From: Saccostrea cucullata | Lineage: Eukaryota | Length of the DNA: 64,000 nt | Reading direction: 5' to 3' | Assembly (NCBI RefSeq): GCF_032062105.1 | Contig: NW_026931150.1 | Span: 186,001 to 250,000, forward strand | Shown: positions 1 through 13,800 of the stretch, in pieces | Layout of the letters: each line of letters begins with the position of its first letter | Position numbering within the stretch: the stretch's first letter is position 1 | The notes under the pieces: model-generated | What the model was told of the DNA's origin: nothing | What the model saw: only the letters and a program-made list of their open reading frames with translations | The model's database searches: none | Program-made: the position numbers and the translations under genes

Positions 1-638
1 AGAGACATGTTGATTTCTGGGAGCCGTACGCGGAGACTGTAAAAGAAATGTTAAAAAATATGTATACTGTCTCTGAATATAAAACTTATTATTATCGAGA
101 TAAGTATTCATTATTGAATTATATCATTTCCCTATTATGACAATTAAGGAGCACACGACGAATGTGACCGGTCGGCGGGAGATGCTCACTCCTTTATACC
201 ACCTGATCCCACCTCTGATGTTTTGGAGTTCCGTGTTTTCTCTGCTCCTATTTTGTATTGTTTAATGGACTTTTGAGCTTGAATACTGTTCGTTATCTCC
301 ATATATTTCATTTTTGAATTTAAAAGAATCCTAGTGTTTCCTCTAGAGTCACAGACTAAGGATATCCTAATCTCCTCATAAACGAGAGTAAGCGTATCAG
401 AAACCCTAACTGGCTAAAGAAGATTAAGGGATTAGAGTGCAGATCTAAATTTGCAGCTTTCCACAAGTAAGTGGTGGTGTCTCAATATTCTTGAAGGGAC
501 GTTAAACAATCAGTTGAAGGAATGTTTACTCATTAGAACTTGGCTTATTGAGATATGATTTTTTATAGCAAATTTTGGAGATTGCTATGATCTCTGTGGA
601 AAATTATATTGCGGAGAAAAGGTGAGCTGAATGCCAAC

Positions 639-3032
639 CTGTAGAACTGTTTGTCTGTATGGAATACAGTGATAATGAAGCGCCTCTTTAACAAGTCCTT
701 GGCATTCTGGGATTTCCATTAGATAACCGATGCTTTCCACAGAATCCATAATGGCGGCAGGTGAAAGAAGAGGGAGTCGAATGGTGGCCATAAGTTCAGC
801 GGCATGTGGGATGCGTTCTTTTTTCCTGTGCTCCAGCCATTCTATAAATCGTTTGAAAACTTCGAGCTCACTTTCTACATTCAGATCATCTCTCTAAAGA
901 GAAAATAAAGCTATGTTAACATAAGTTCAGGAAAAGTCGTTTATAACAAAAGATTATAAACAATTTTGATTCGTTATAAACATAATACATTGTATATGAT
1001 ATATTCCTCATAGGTTTTCAAACAACATGGATCAAATGAAAATCACTTCACTATATTTATTTGTGAGAGTTCGTGAAAAGCGTGTTCGCTTTAATCGTGT
1101 TATTAACACATGATTAACATATTTTAATTTCGTTGATTTTATTATAGCAGACCGTCATTTGAAAGGCTAATTTAAGGCTTAGTTAAAGATCAGTTAATCA
1201 AAGACAGTGTGATTCAGATTGGACAAAGGAGAAAGAATATAACGCACCTTACAAGGAATTTACATGAAAGTCTGCATTGATCATGACTTTTGATTTAGCC
1301 TTTATATACCAGTACACTATGCGTTAAATATACGCAGAATAAAACCAAAGGAGAAAAAAAGGCACCAGATCTTCTATGTCCTTGACTTGCGATCTAGACA
1401 CTTGGATTTAACCCTCTACTTACAAATACCGTGGTTGAAGTTGGAGCAAGATGTTTGGGCAAGGAGGGAGAAAATATCATCCAGACAACGATTTTACTCA
1501 GGGATATTTTTCACCTCGAATTAAAAGAGTTTAGTTCAAGATCAATACACTTTTCCACAGACCCCTTAAAATGAACTTTGGATAAGATAAGGCAAAGGAA
1601 ACATGAAAAAAAATCTCTGGAATAGGATTTTACACAAGATTTTTTCTCCGTGTAGAAAATGTGATCACTGTTACTTCTCTCCCTAAGCACATGGGTACTT
1701 TACGGTAGATATTTGGGACAAGGTGAGAGAAATTTCCGACATTTTCCGGACAAACGGACAGACAGATCACTAAAGGGAACCAGTAAGCAAATTATTATTC
1801 CAAAGATATTTCAAGACTTTAAAAAAACCTAAGAACAGCTGCATTTATTAATTTCACTACTGAAATTTTCTACAAGGGGTTTTCATGTTTTTCTCATATA
1901 TATAACTTTTAAAAATTCGAAACTACTGTATTTTTTTTTTGTAATGGCCCAATCTAGAATAACCTAGTCTGCATAAGCTAAATTTTATAGGAATCTCTTT
2001 CGTCTTTATATATTAAAATTTTCCTGAGGCCATTTGGCCAATTATGAATAAAATCAAATTCTAAACGAAGTGCGTTTTTTTTTTTACGAACGAAGTATGA
2101 AAATGAAATTGTTCTTGATTTTATTTAAATTGGAGATATAGAATAGAATTTATTACCAATCAGGGCCCATTGGGCATGTGGCTCAATCTCCTGTTTTTAT
2201 ATGCCTCGTTTTTGCATAGTTCTTGCTCATTTAGTTACCTGAATTGGTCTCATAAAAGGAAATTACATTTTACGGTTTCATCCAGAGAGAAAAAAAGAGC
2301 AAACATAAATTACCTGCAGATACATCCATAGTTCCCCTACACTTTAGATTATCATGTCATTAAACAGAAGTTACAAACCTTCAATAAGGCAATCATCTGT
2401 TCAACCGGTAGCTCTTTAAAACTTGATCTTTTTGAAATTACTTTAAAATATTTTGCCGCTAATTCTAAAGCCTTTTCTGTTAATTTGTCCAGATTAAAAT
2501 TGAAAGCTCTATCAAGCATTTTCAGACAATTTTTCAGACGTGTGTTTTCTACTAGAAATTCTTCGCACGCGTCCTGTATCAGATAAAAGCCCAGTCGAGA
2601 CGCAGCATGCAGGGTTCCTTCTATGGCCTCTTCCGATACTTGCAGTTTTCCTGTGTACATACATAACAATACATTCTGAAATATATTTGCTTCGATTTCA
2701 AGATGACTGATGTCCAGTTCTCTTTCATCGTAAAGCTGATCGACGAAAATATTGTAAAAGTAATCAGAGCAAGTGACCAAAAGTGAACGATGGGCATCAA
2801 ATGCTCGTCCCTGGCAAATTAGAATAATATCACACAAAATATTCTGCCGCCAAAGCACTTCCAATCCATTCAGGACAGTTTCTGACAGATTTTGAACGTT
2901 TTTTGTCCTCCGTCCGCGTTCCTCGACTACTTTATTCTGCCGGCGTCTTTCAATTAACAATTCTTTGTATGAATAACAAGCTGTTTTTCGCGTTCTGGGA
3001 TTAGATTGTTGGGCTCTTGAAAAGGAAGCCAT
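639..3032 (-). CDS. Kelch-like BTB-BACK protein, 5' part (exons 3032-2379 and 893-639; continues beyond the left edge of the window)
   Basis: Exon 1 encodes a BTB domain (LCDIILICQGRAFDAHRSLLVTCSDYF...ILLCMYTG-like NVLLCMYTGKL...DACEEFL) and ends at donor AAG|GTTTGT. Acceptor tctttag at 894 opens a phase-0 exon RDDLNVESELEVFKRFIEWLEH...ELMATIRLPLL...LVKEALHYH (BACK domain) that ends at CAG|GTTGGC. No kelch repeats are inside the window, so the orthologue is not assigned. Confidence 0.9.
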
Positions 3033-3069
3033 ATTCCATACTCGTTGTTATGCTTCCATTTCACCATTA

Positions 3070-3118
3070 TGACGTCATGAAACTGTTACGTTATTGACAA
3101 TAACTGATTGTGACGTCA
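3070..3118. promoter_or_regulatory. Two full CRE palindromes (TGACGTCA) just upstream of the kelch-like ATG
   Basis: TGACGTCA at 3070-3077 and 3111-3118, within 90 bp of the start codon at 3032. Function is inferred only. Confidence 0.35.
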
Positions 3119-3210
3119 TTTTAACTCCCGCACGCTAATAGTACATTTGCATTTTACACAACTTCTCTTACTTATACCTTTGCATTTAGACAACTTCTCT
3201 TACTTTTATG

Positions 3211-3476
3211 GTCGCCCGCGTGGCACAGTGGTTAGAGCGTCTGCTCTAGAGTCGCGAAGTAAGGAGTTGATCTCAAATCCCACTGTGGGACGTGGAGACC
3301 GGTCCTTCGGATGAGACTGTATAAACCGAGGTCCCGTGTCGCAGTAGGTGCTGGCACGAATGGCCCTAAGTGCCGAGCATAGGTCAAAATTTGCAGCTCT
3401 CCACCGACAAGTGGTGGCCTCTCCATATGAGTGAAAAAATCTCGAGAGGGACGCTAAACAATATACAATCAATCAA
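3211..3476 (+). mobile_element. tRNA-derived SINE (Deu/Nin-domain-like core) with 13-bp target-site duplication
   Basis: A-box TGGCACAGTGG, partly deleted B-box, core CGGATGAGACTGTATAAACCGAGGTCCCGTGTCGCAGTAGG and (CAAT)n tail. TSD TCTTACTTTTATG at 3198-3210 and 3477-3489. Several further copies occur in the window. Confidence 0.9.
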
Positions 3477-4896
3477 TCTTACTTTTATGAAAAGTTAAAT
3501 TTATATATAATTCAATCCACCATTCGTTACCTTCAGAGGACGTCTGGGTATTAAAATCATAGATACGCGTGTTCAAACTGGGTATTCTGTTAAAATTTTG
3601 TTAAGGATGTCCATGTAATTGAGTGTACAAATAAGTAAAAGGGGATACATTATAACAATTTATTTACAGGTAACCATAAATTAAGAAATATCACACTGGA
3701 CGGAAAATTTGGTTAAAAAGTCATACATAAAAATATTTCTAAACACTTCATCTTTATTTCTGGAAAAATGGTGTCCATCCCATTGATCCTGGTGTCTGAA
3801 ATAAACAAAATTTCTTTTTATTTGTTGGTGTGCATTCTAGTATAGAAGAACTAATAAATGAAAAAAATGTGTTTGATCCGTATGTGAAAAAAAAAAAAAC
3901 GAAAAGGGGTTCAAAATATTTATAAACACATGTGCAAAATGAAATATGAAATATTCATATAAACTTCGTACGAGATTTTATTTCAATCATGCAAAAATGA
4001 TACGACTTATGAAATTTATATTTTGTAGACAATACTTAGAGATATTGACATAAGTTTTGGAGATTTTGAACTAAATAATGAATTACAGGACTCTTGATTT
4101 CGTTTTTTAACGATACGGGGAGTCAAATACCAAGACCAATAAGGACGCTAAACAAAGAAAAACTTGGAATGGCCTTTGATTAAAACTGTAAGTAACTTAA
4201 GCTCTCCTGTTGTATAAAATCTAGGGTTAATAAAAAAAAATAAATCAGTTTGAATTTTGAAGGATAGATATACAGATAGCTAGTTTCTCCTTATACAAAG
4301 CTACGGACCAATGACTTTAACTTATTGCATTTGTTGTCTAAATAGCTAACCACTCCCATCCCCGAAAAAAAAATGAAAATATATATCTTGCACATTTGTT
4401 TAAATTTATAATTTTGCTATACTTTTAAAAGAAAAACTAACATCATTAAGCGTGGGCGTCAAGCTCAGGATGCAATTAAAGCACTCATGTATCTTTTGGT
4501 AACGAAATTAACTTTTGGAACATACATACCCCCTGACAATAGCGGGTGGCTATGCCAAATAGAGAGAAACAACATTGTCGGTAATTTACGACAGAAATAA
4601 ACTCGACGAAGGGCTGTGAACTGTGTCAGTTCAGTACTTTGAAGAAATTAATCAACATTTATTGGCCACCTGTCAATGAAACGATTGTTCTAACACACAT
4701 ATTTTTGGACGCAGATCTTAACTTCAAGCATTTCCGTCCATTCATGTTGGTTATATTACACTTTCACTCTGCTCCAAAATAAAAACCAATTCCATATAGC
4801 ACACATTTTTTCGATTGTGTCGCGCCAAATTTACTGAGCAGGAAAATTGCAAGTCCCATGTGTTTCCTATAAATCAAACACATTACAAAACACAAC

Positions 4897-7800
4897 TTAT
4901 TGTCGCCTGTAATTATAATTGCGGCGTCCAGTCTAAAGCAGTGAAACCAAAGGAATGAAGAAAAAAAGGAAACAGAGCTGAGTGGTGACAAATAGACCAA
5001 TCTATTCTAATTGAAAGACTGTGAAATAAAATTGAAATAAAAGATGTCATTTAGCATGCAGCAGGGAAAAAAACTATTCTACATAAGTAGCTATATATTT
5101 CTTTACTTGCGTTTAATCGAGTGTGTATTATATTTTTATTGAAAAAATTTAAAAACATAGCTTTGATTCAAAAAATCTTTTGTAGGGACGACCTTTTTAG
5201 ATACTAAATTTGCTGACCGGTTTTCAGTTTCATTATAATGTTTATTAGTTACAGGATTAGCTGAGAGTTTTTCAGTTTCAATACAATCATATTGTATAAA
5301 GTATGGAATAATTAGGCGAAAAAATTAAAATTAAAAACAGAAATGGGAGTGTTCATCTCTGAACTCCACAATAATTTGTGCATGAAAATAATAGTAAATC
5401 TGTGTAAAGTACAGATATAATGCCATGCTCTAAATTCTAAATTTACTCCCATCCAGTAAATTAAAAATTTAGAACATGAAAATATTATTACAAGACATGC
5501 TGACGACAGAAATTTTTTTTAATGCTTATAGGTACATGTATATGCATGTCTACGAAAATGTGAAAGTTTTTCACTTAATCAATGAAAAAGCATATAGCTA
5601 TATATAGTGAAGAAAAAGCAGGCAGGCTATACAACATCCAAGAGGCCCTAGCTGTGTTAAAAACAAACCTGATATCATACAATAATCCACAATGATAACT
5701 CTTTTTTTCACTGAAAGAGATATTTGTTGGTTATGGTTATGCAATTTAGAATTTTATTTTGTGATAAAGTGACTGGCATTGTAAAGGTTAATTTGATTTT
5801 AGGACAAAAAATTCATTTGACATTTGAGGGAATGTTAGTATCCCATGTAAAAATTGTTACATTTCCTCACAAAATGACCTAGTGGTAACTCAAAAATGCA
5901 TGGATGCACTGTTAAATAAGTAGACCGTCTACTCTGTTTTATTGCCTGATAATAATACCTGCTCTGCTCTGGGGTATTTTCGTCAGAATTAAAACAGAAT
6001 ATACAGCTATCAGTCCTACTTTAATGATTTAATAACAATCCTAAAAATGCTAATGCCAATACAGCATTTGGATTAAAAAATCACTTTTTAAGCCAAGTTT
6101 AGAATAATGTTTGCTTGCCTCACCGACTGGGTCTCAAAATATTGGGTCGGTAGGTAGGTGAGAGATTTCTTTTCTCAGAAAACTTAATACAATTCAATTT
6201 CAATGCTTTTATTTTAAAAAATATTTTCCGGAGTACATATAAAAATAATTGCTTTCTGCAAGTAAAAGAAGTTTTGTGTCCGGCCATTTTTAGTCAGTCA
6301 TTCGGGATAGGGCAAGCAAACAATTTTTTAAAGATGGTCTTACCTACTTTCAATATTTCTTGCTTACACATGTTATTTAAACAAACATTAGTCTTCATAA
6401 GCATATAAACTTTAATGTTTTAAATATTTGCATTTTTAGGTAGTTTTACTTTGAATTCAATATGTTGATACACACCTGAGAGAAATTCCTCACATACTTG
6501 TAATGCTGAAATACAAAAAATAATTTTCAAAATATTAGGCCAAAAAAAAAATTAATAAGTAGTTTCTCAGGCACTGCCGCATCAGTTAAAAACGGCCGCA
6601 TTGATAAATTTTGATATATTGAAAAGGGAAATAACTCAATTTTCAATTTTTCAAAGTTGAAAAAGAAAATTGAGTTATTCCCCTTTTCATAAATGCAAAA
6701 ATAGACGTTTTTATTAGAAATACAATATATTTCTTCTAAATATAAAGTATTTTAATAAATGTTTGGAATAACATTATTTAAAGTTAAATACATATTTTAA
6801 CTACTAGTAATTTCAGAAAACAAAAATTAAGAATTAGTAGATATTATCATTTTATTGAACAAATGGCTTAAAAAATCAAAAAAAAAAAAAAAAAAAAAAT
6901 TTTAATTTTTTTCAATTAATTTTTTTGGGCCTTACTTCAAAATTTTTTTTTTCTTTAAAAATCTAGATTGTACAACTTTATCTGCATTTTCAATTATAAA
7001 TAAATTCTGTGCTTTAGAAAGCCATTTTTGCTTTCACATCATACTAACAGTATCCAATAACTACAGTAATACTGTAATGTAATACTTTTTAAGCTGTTTT
7101 ATTACCACATTTGACAGGTTAAATATTTACAGATACATACAACTTCAGGTCTAATGTCTGCCAGTTTCTCTGCCTCGTCCTTATACTGGAGAATGCTCCA
7201 GATTTCCTCCTTTAAATTCCCCCATCTCTCCTGCATCCGAGATTTCCTGAGGCCCTGCATGGCAATCCTGGAGAAAGCAGTTAATAAATCAGACTAAAAA
7301 TGTCAAGATTTCATTACCAAACAAGAAAGAAATAAGAATGTTTATTTTTGCAGCAAGAAGGACAACCACTACATGATCTTATGATCTTAGAGGTTACAAT
7401 GGAAACTTGCCTTTCTTTCATCAGTTCCTCTACCCTGTTTTCTGTTTTAGCATGGACGGTCTGTTGTACTTTGTCCCTCTTTTTGGTCATGTAGGCGTCT
7501 AGGGAGGGGAAGGACCTCATCTGATAGACAAATAACGCCCCCGCACTCTCAGATTGATCCCCTCCCTCCTCCTCTCCATAGTCTTTATTGTTTCCTGGAT
7601 AAAGAACATTTCTGCATTATTAGTGCTCAACAGCTTCAAACTGTTTGTAATTTTAGTTGACTGTAATATTCTAAAAGAACTTTTTAATTAATTCAGGCAT
7701 GTATTAATTAACTCCATCATCACCTTAATTATCATTTTCAAGACAGACGTCGATGATGCCAGATCTCTGTTATCAACATATGAATAACACTTTGAATATA

Positions 7801-10800
7801 AATTTATAAGATATTCTTTTTAAGAAGCATATGGTAATAGACCATGACAATTTTCTGCTTATTATACAAAAGGTAAATTAAACCTGTTTTCTATGACAAA
7901 GAAATAAAACTGGTTCCCTTACCTTTCAGAAACAAAAGTTGTCCCATAGCTCCAACAGCAACCACAGGGTCCCAGGGGGTCATAAGTTCATGAGACTTTG
8001 GTAGAACGGGTTCACAAAGAACCTTCCCCTGTAGTGTATCTCTGATCTGCACCTTCCCTGATTTCAGGATTGTTATTAGCTGAGAAAGAAAGAAACACAT
8101 TACCTTAATGATTTAATATGATAATAATGATGAAGAATTCATTAAAGTTCACAGGTAACTTCATATCAATACTTTATTCTAACAATTTTAGATATTACAT
8201 GTACTTGTATATCTTAAAATTAATGCAAGAAATGCACCATTTTTTGACAAAGGTTGACTCTATCCACATGTATGGGACACTTACCAGATCATGCATTCCT
8301 TGTACAGGCTGAACCATTGTAAATATGTCATCTTCTTTTTCTACTCTGTGAAAAAAAATATATCTGACAATGTATGGTAATTAACGTATATTATAGTTAT
8401 ACATGTATGTGATATGTACATTGCATGAACATTAACAAAAATCTTCGCAAATGGTTTTTAAATTTTTGTGTGTGGGTAAATTATGCATCAGTTCACATGT
8501 ATAATAAAATTGCTTCAATATCTCTCAGAGGTACCTTACCGTGGGGTGACACAAATGGGGTCTAGCTCCAGGGCTGGCCCCGTCATCATAACAAACAGGG
8601 CCCCATTGTCACACAAAATCAGTAGGTAGGTGGAGGACTTGGTTCTGTATGGTTTATAATCGTCCAGTGTCTGGGGACAGATGCTGGGGTCTAGGAAGAT
8701 CAGCTGAGCAATCTTAACCTGGTCCATGATGTTCACCACTCCTCGCTGTATACCTGTAACAGTTAGAAACTCTCCAACATCTCCTATATCCTTACTCATA
8801 GATAAAAAGCTTTTTGAAAGTATGCAATTTATTTGTAAAATGTTTGCTAATAAGAACATCTTGTCTGAAAGAGGTATATCAAAGTCACAACTTACATCCT
8901 GATGCTTTTGACAATGAACTTTTCATTATTATTTATTTTTTTTTTGGGGGGGGGGGTGTCACTTTAGCAATATACCTAAATATCTGTCCCAGATGACAAC
9001 ATTTCCATTTTCAAATCCAGCAGCCAATAAGGAGGAGTCATCACTGATGGCAGACGAGGTCACGGGGCTAGTGAATGGCCAGACTAAATCAGGCTTCACC
9101 TCAAAATCTACAAGGCAGTGTAAAAAGGCATTACCTTACCACAAGGAATGTGGGGATTAATGGTTTATATGTTAAGTTTTTTTCAATTTCCAATAATGAC
9201 AAAGTGGTTTGGTTTTGATAATTCTACAAAATAAATAAAATCTACTTTCTATAAACTTTAATATATAGTACTCAAAATCTTATTTTTTTTTTAACATTTA
9301 CGAGTTAATTTATGATGACAATTTAAAATTAAAATTATAAGAAAATAACACAGGAAAACCTTCATGTTATAGAAAAGCTCGATTGTCTTAAGATTTATAC
9401 CTTTGTGTTGTTTGAGCAATGAGTAATGTACTATATGTGTGGACCCCTTCCACCAAACAGCTAGAGTGGTTGGCAATCCTGAAATAAGGGGAAAAAAAAT
9501 TCTTTGAATTTGTAAAAATATATCTATAATTTTATAGCTAGAAAATAAGCAAATTCAAATGCATTCCATTTTATGTGGCATATTATTTGAAAAAAAAAAA
9601 ATTGTTAATATGATTATAGCTAACGCACACATATCTATTACTGTAATATGACATATAATGCAAATCTGAATTAAGTGTTTGAAAGTTTTTCCTATGCAAT
9701 ATTCAAAATTTTAAAATAAAACGTAATACCTGATCTACAGTTATGTATTTTATTAACATTTAGTAGATTGTTTGATCCACAAATGTAATTTTTTTTTAAG
9801 TACTGAATATATATTCTTTAAAATAAATTGCCTACATGGAAGGCAGTCCTAAACTAAACTTAATAAAATCAAACTATTCTAATTAACTGAATCTATATGC
9901 ATTTTTACCTTTTTGTGTATAGAATTTCATCAACCATAATGGTGTAATGGTGCTAAACTTTGATTTGCAGGGAACTAAATTTCTAGAACAATGTAATTTT
10001 TAAAAGCAACTGTATGTAACTGTATGTTATGAATTTTCAAATTCAACAGATGTTACATATATTGTACAAACACATAACTACATGTACATAGTTTTTGATT
10101 AATAAACTAAAGAAATAAGCAAGATGTTGAGGTATATTGCAAGGATTATAAAAGCATGGTTAGATATTGCTTTGTCAGACTTAGAAAATATTACTCTTTA
10201 GTTCATCTTCATTCCCTGAAATAAACATAGGATTACCATAGAGTCAGGGAGAGGAAAGAATTATACAAGGTGAGACAGAAAAGAATGGACATTTATATAT
10301 TATTGTATAACAGATAGAAAGAATAAATAGTGTAAAGAAGGTAAAAACATAATAAATGAAATACAAGTCCCATGAAAGAATAAAGCAATTTGAATCCGAT
10401 TTTGACTGACTAACATTTGAGACAAAGTTGTACAATGTATAGATTAATATTAAGTAATACCTATCTGGCTTTGCTGTTCCAGACCAAAGGGAACCAATCT
10501 CCCAGCAGTCATAAAATGGAAATTGACATCCCTGTCGGAAAATAAAAGATACATGTAGGTTATTTAATGTAGTAATTGTACAAGCCACTGAGCACAGCAA
10601 AAATATCTCTTTCTTATCTTTACCAAGATTATCAAAATAGTTCCCAAACAAACTATATCATTAAAATTAGTAATACATGTACACTAAAGAAAGAAAATTT
10701 GATTCCCTGATTTATACAAATTACACTATGAACACTCACTCCAGAGATTCTGCTTCTTCCTCTTTTGGTAAATAGTCAATCAGGTTGTCATGGAGATGAG

Positions 10801-13800
10801 CAAACACTTCCTTCCTCATTTCCTTGTGGCTGGGGGTCAATATGTGATTTACACCAGTACCGACAACCTCACCTGTGTCCACCTTCTGACAAGCTGAATA
10901 TACTGAGGAGGAGGTGTTACCTGCCAATTGTCACATAAAATTTTATCTCTTTTATTTATATTCTAAAATGAAAATTCAAATTTTTCTATTTAATGTAAAA
11001 AAAATTTAACATCCAATGTTTGGTTAATGATCTCAACTAAGCCTTACAGCCTGTATATAGCTAGTTTTCTGTGTAAATTCAAATACATTCCATTGTTTAT
11101 TGGGTTCTTTTCCCGAAGTAAGCAAATAAAGTTTGGGGTGGGGCATGGGGTGTATACAGGAAGCACCATGTAATCTTTTCGCAGTCATAATGGACATAAT
11201 AATCCGTAACTTTGCACTTGAAAAATATTGGAAGCTCATACATGTGTACATGTACTTTACACAAAGATTGCTTATGACCTGAGGGTGTGTCAAGATCTTG
11301 ATCAAAGGTCATTTTGGGAAAGGTCACAATTGCACAAGTTCAAAGTAACTGTCAGAAAATCAAATAATTCATGTTCATAACTTTGAAAAAGAGACATCGG
11401 AAGCTGAAATGTAATCAAAGGGAAAGGCATAACCATGACCTAAGTATGTAAAAAATGAAATATTTCAGTGTAAAATAAAAAAAAGTTTGTGATCACACAT
11501 TTAAGTGGGTGCAAATTAACTTCATTTTTCAGAATATCAGATTTTATGTGAAGTGAAGAACAAAAAACTAACGTTACAAATTTGTTTATTTAAACAACAA
11601 CATATTTTTTTTAAAATATGCAAAATGTGCAGGTTATTAAAAAGTGCATGTGCTTAAAAAGTCAGTGATGAATTAAAGAACAAGAGGCCTATAGGCTCAC
11701 CTGAGTCACTATTGCCCTGCTGTTAATCAACAGGATTTCCCTTTATAATTATATATATACTTATATTCCTTTGTAAAATTGTTATGACGTATTGCAGCCC
11801 CTTGCCGTCTCCTTTGATTATGCTTTTTATTAAAATCTTTGAATATGCACAACCTGAAGACGCTTCCACATAATTCTGACTAATCTTGGCTTGGCTATTT
11901 GTGCTATAAGAAGTTGCCTTTGTGTCACAGTGATTAGAGCGTCTGCTCTAGAGTCACGAAGTAAGGAGTTTGTCCTTACATTGCGGGTTCGAATCCCACT
12001 GTGGGACATGAAAACCGGTCCTTCAGATGAGACTGTATAAACAGAGGTCCCATGTCGCAGTAGGTACTGGCAGGAAAAAGACCCCTCAATGCTCAATGAC
12101 TTTCGTGCTAAGTAAAGGTCAAAATTTGCAGCTCTCCACCGGAAAGTGGTGGCATCTCCATATGAGTACTGGATATAATGAAACTTTTACTAATTCTAAA
12201 TTATCTCCCCTTGGAAATGTCCTTCATTTGAAAAAAATAAAACATGAATCCCCTTCACCCAAAGATACTCTAACTGTGCCAACTATGTCTAAGTGATTTT
12301 GAAAATAAGCATGGACATGTGAAAAATTTACATTGGCAGTGAACCATTAGGATAAATTTTGATCAGAAAAGTCACTGTAGCCTTCTGTGGATGAAGTGAG
12401 ATAAAATCATAAATTTTTCAAAGTAGAAAATGTAAAATAAAACAGGTGTTAATGAGGCCTTGTGATATATAGGGAATTTTCAAGGAAAAAACATTTCGGA
12501 GGAAAAAGGAGAAGAGAAATTAATCACCTTCACCTAGGATTGAAAAACAATTAAATTAAATTAAAAATCTAAACAAAAGAAAAAGAATGGCTGAAAACAA
12601 AATGGTCAGATTGTGAAGCAGTGCTAAAATGAATTGCATTTGTAGAGACTGGTCAAGGAAGCATGTCCCTGGACCTTTCAAACACTTGACTGATAATTTC
12701 AATATTCACTAATAACATGAAAGGTATATTGTGGTACGTACACGCTCTTGCACAAAACAGGTAATGTTTACTGTAAACCAACTTTTATTCACGTGCAAGA
12801 CATATTCGCAAGTTCAAATATTAATCGAACCATTTATTTTTGCTTTGTTTCTACAGAAAATGTTTCCTTATTCATGAAAATAAATCGTAGCAGATTGATT
12901 TCAAACTGACGAATTGCGAATAAAAGATGATGCAAATAATAGTTGGTTTATAGTATGCCCTTAGAAATCTCTGCCATACATGAATTTGTTCTTCCAACAA
13001 TGATTTCATTTTTCTTCTATTGACTTGAATGCATACCATGCCATGGCTACAAGATATTGCATTCATTTTTTTTTCTCAGTTTCAAAATTTACATTCATTA
13101 AAAAACTCTGCTTCACAGTCTGATTTACAGAGCATAATAAAAAGTAGTAACTTAAACTGATAAGACAGAGAAATTACCTTTTTGTCTAAGTTCTGAAAAG
13201 TTATTCTTGTGTTGTTTATTTCTATTCTGTACCATATTGTTAAACATTCAAAATTACCAACCACAACCATAAAAATTAATCATTTTACAATTACCATTTA
13301 CAACCACATATATATTACAAACAATCATCCACATACATTTTAAATAGTTTCTATCAATAATTTTTGGGGGGCATAAAGATTAAAATGCCTACGATCCATA
13401 ATTAGCCTGTTGACCTAGCTACATTTTTGACTTACCCGTCATAGAGGGGGGAGGTTTCAGTTTCATCACGACAGACGTAGGTGATAATTTAGGCATCTGC
13501 TTCTCTCCATGGCTTTCTTCTTGACTCTTCATTAAAATTCAAATTGATATTTTTTTTTACAATAAAACCCATTTAATAATGCTTATCATCTAAAACAATT
13601 CTTTTTCTATCATTTAATTCTATTTTTTTAATGAAATATCTTTGTTACCTGTTAGAGTGCATTATCTAATAAACTAAAAGAAATGTACTTCTGAAAATTA
13701 TTTTTTTTCAGACTGATTAAACAAGTATAAACAAAGAACTCTTTTCAAAATATACAACTGTAATTTTGATATGATATATTATACTCTGAGTAAAAGTTGA

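Noticed and set aside
155-310. Segment resembling a common bivalve interspersed repeat (GTGACCGGTCGG...CACCTGATCCCACCTCTG)
   Set aside because: Single copy in this window and recognised only from memory; class cannot be supported here.
3206-3472. Similar short ORFs at 3206, 11830, 43198 and 59478 suggesting a gene family
   Set aside because: All are translations of SINE copies.
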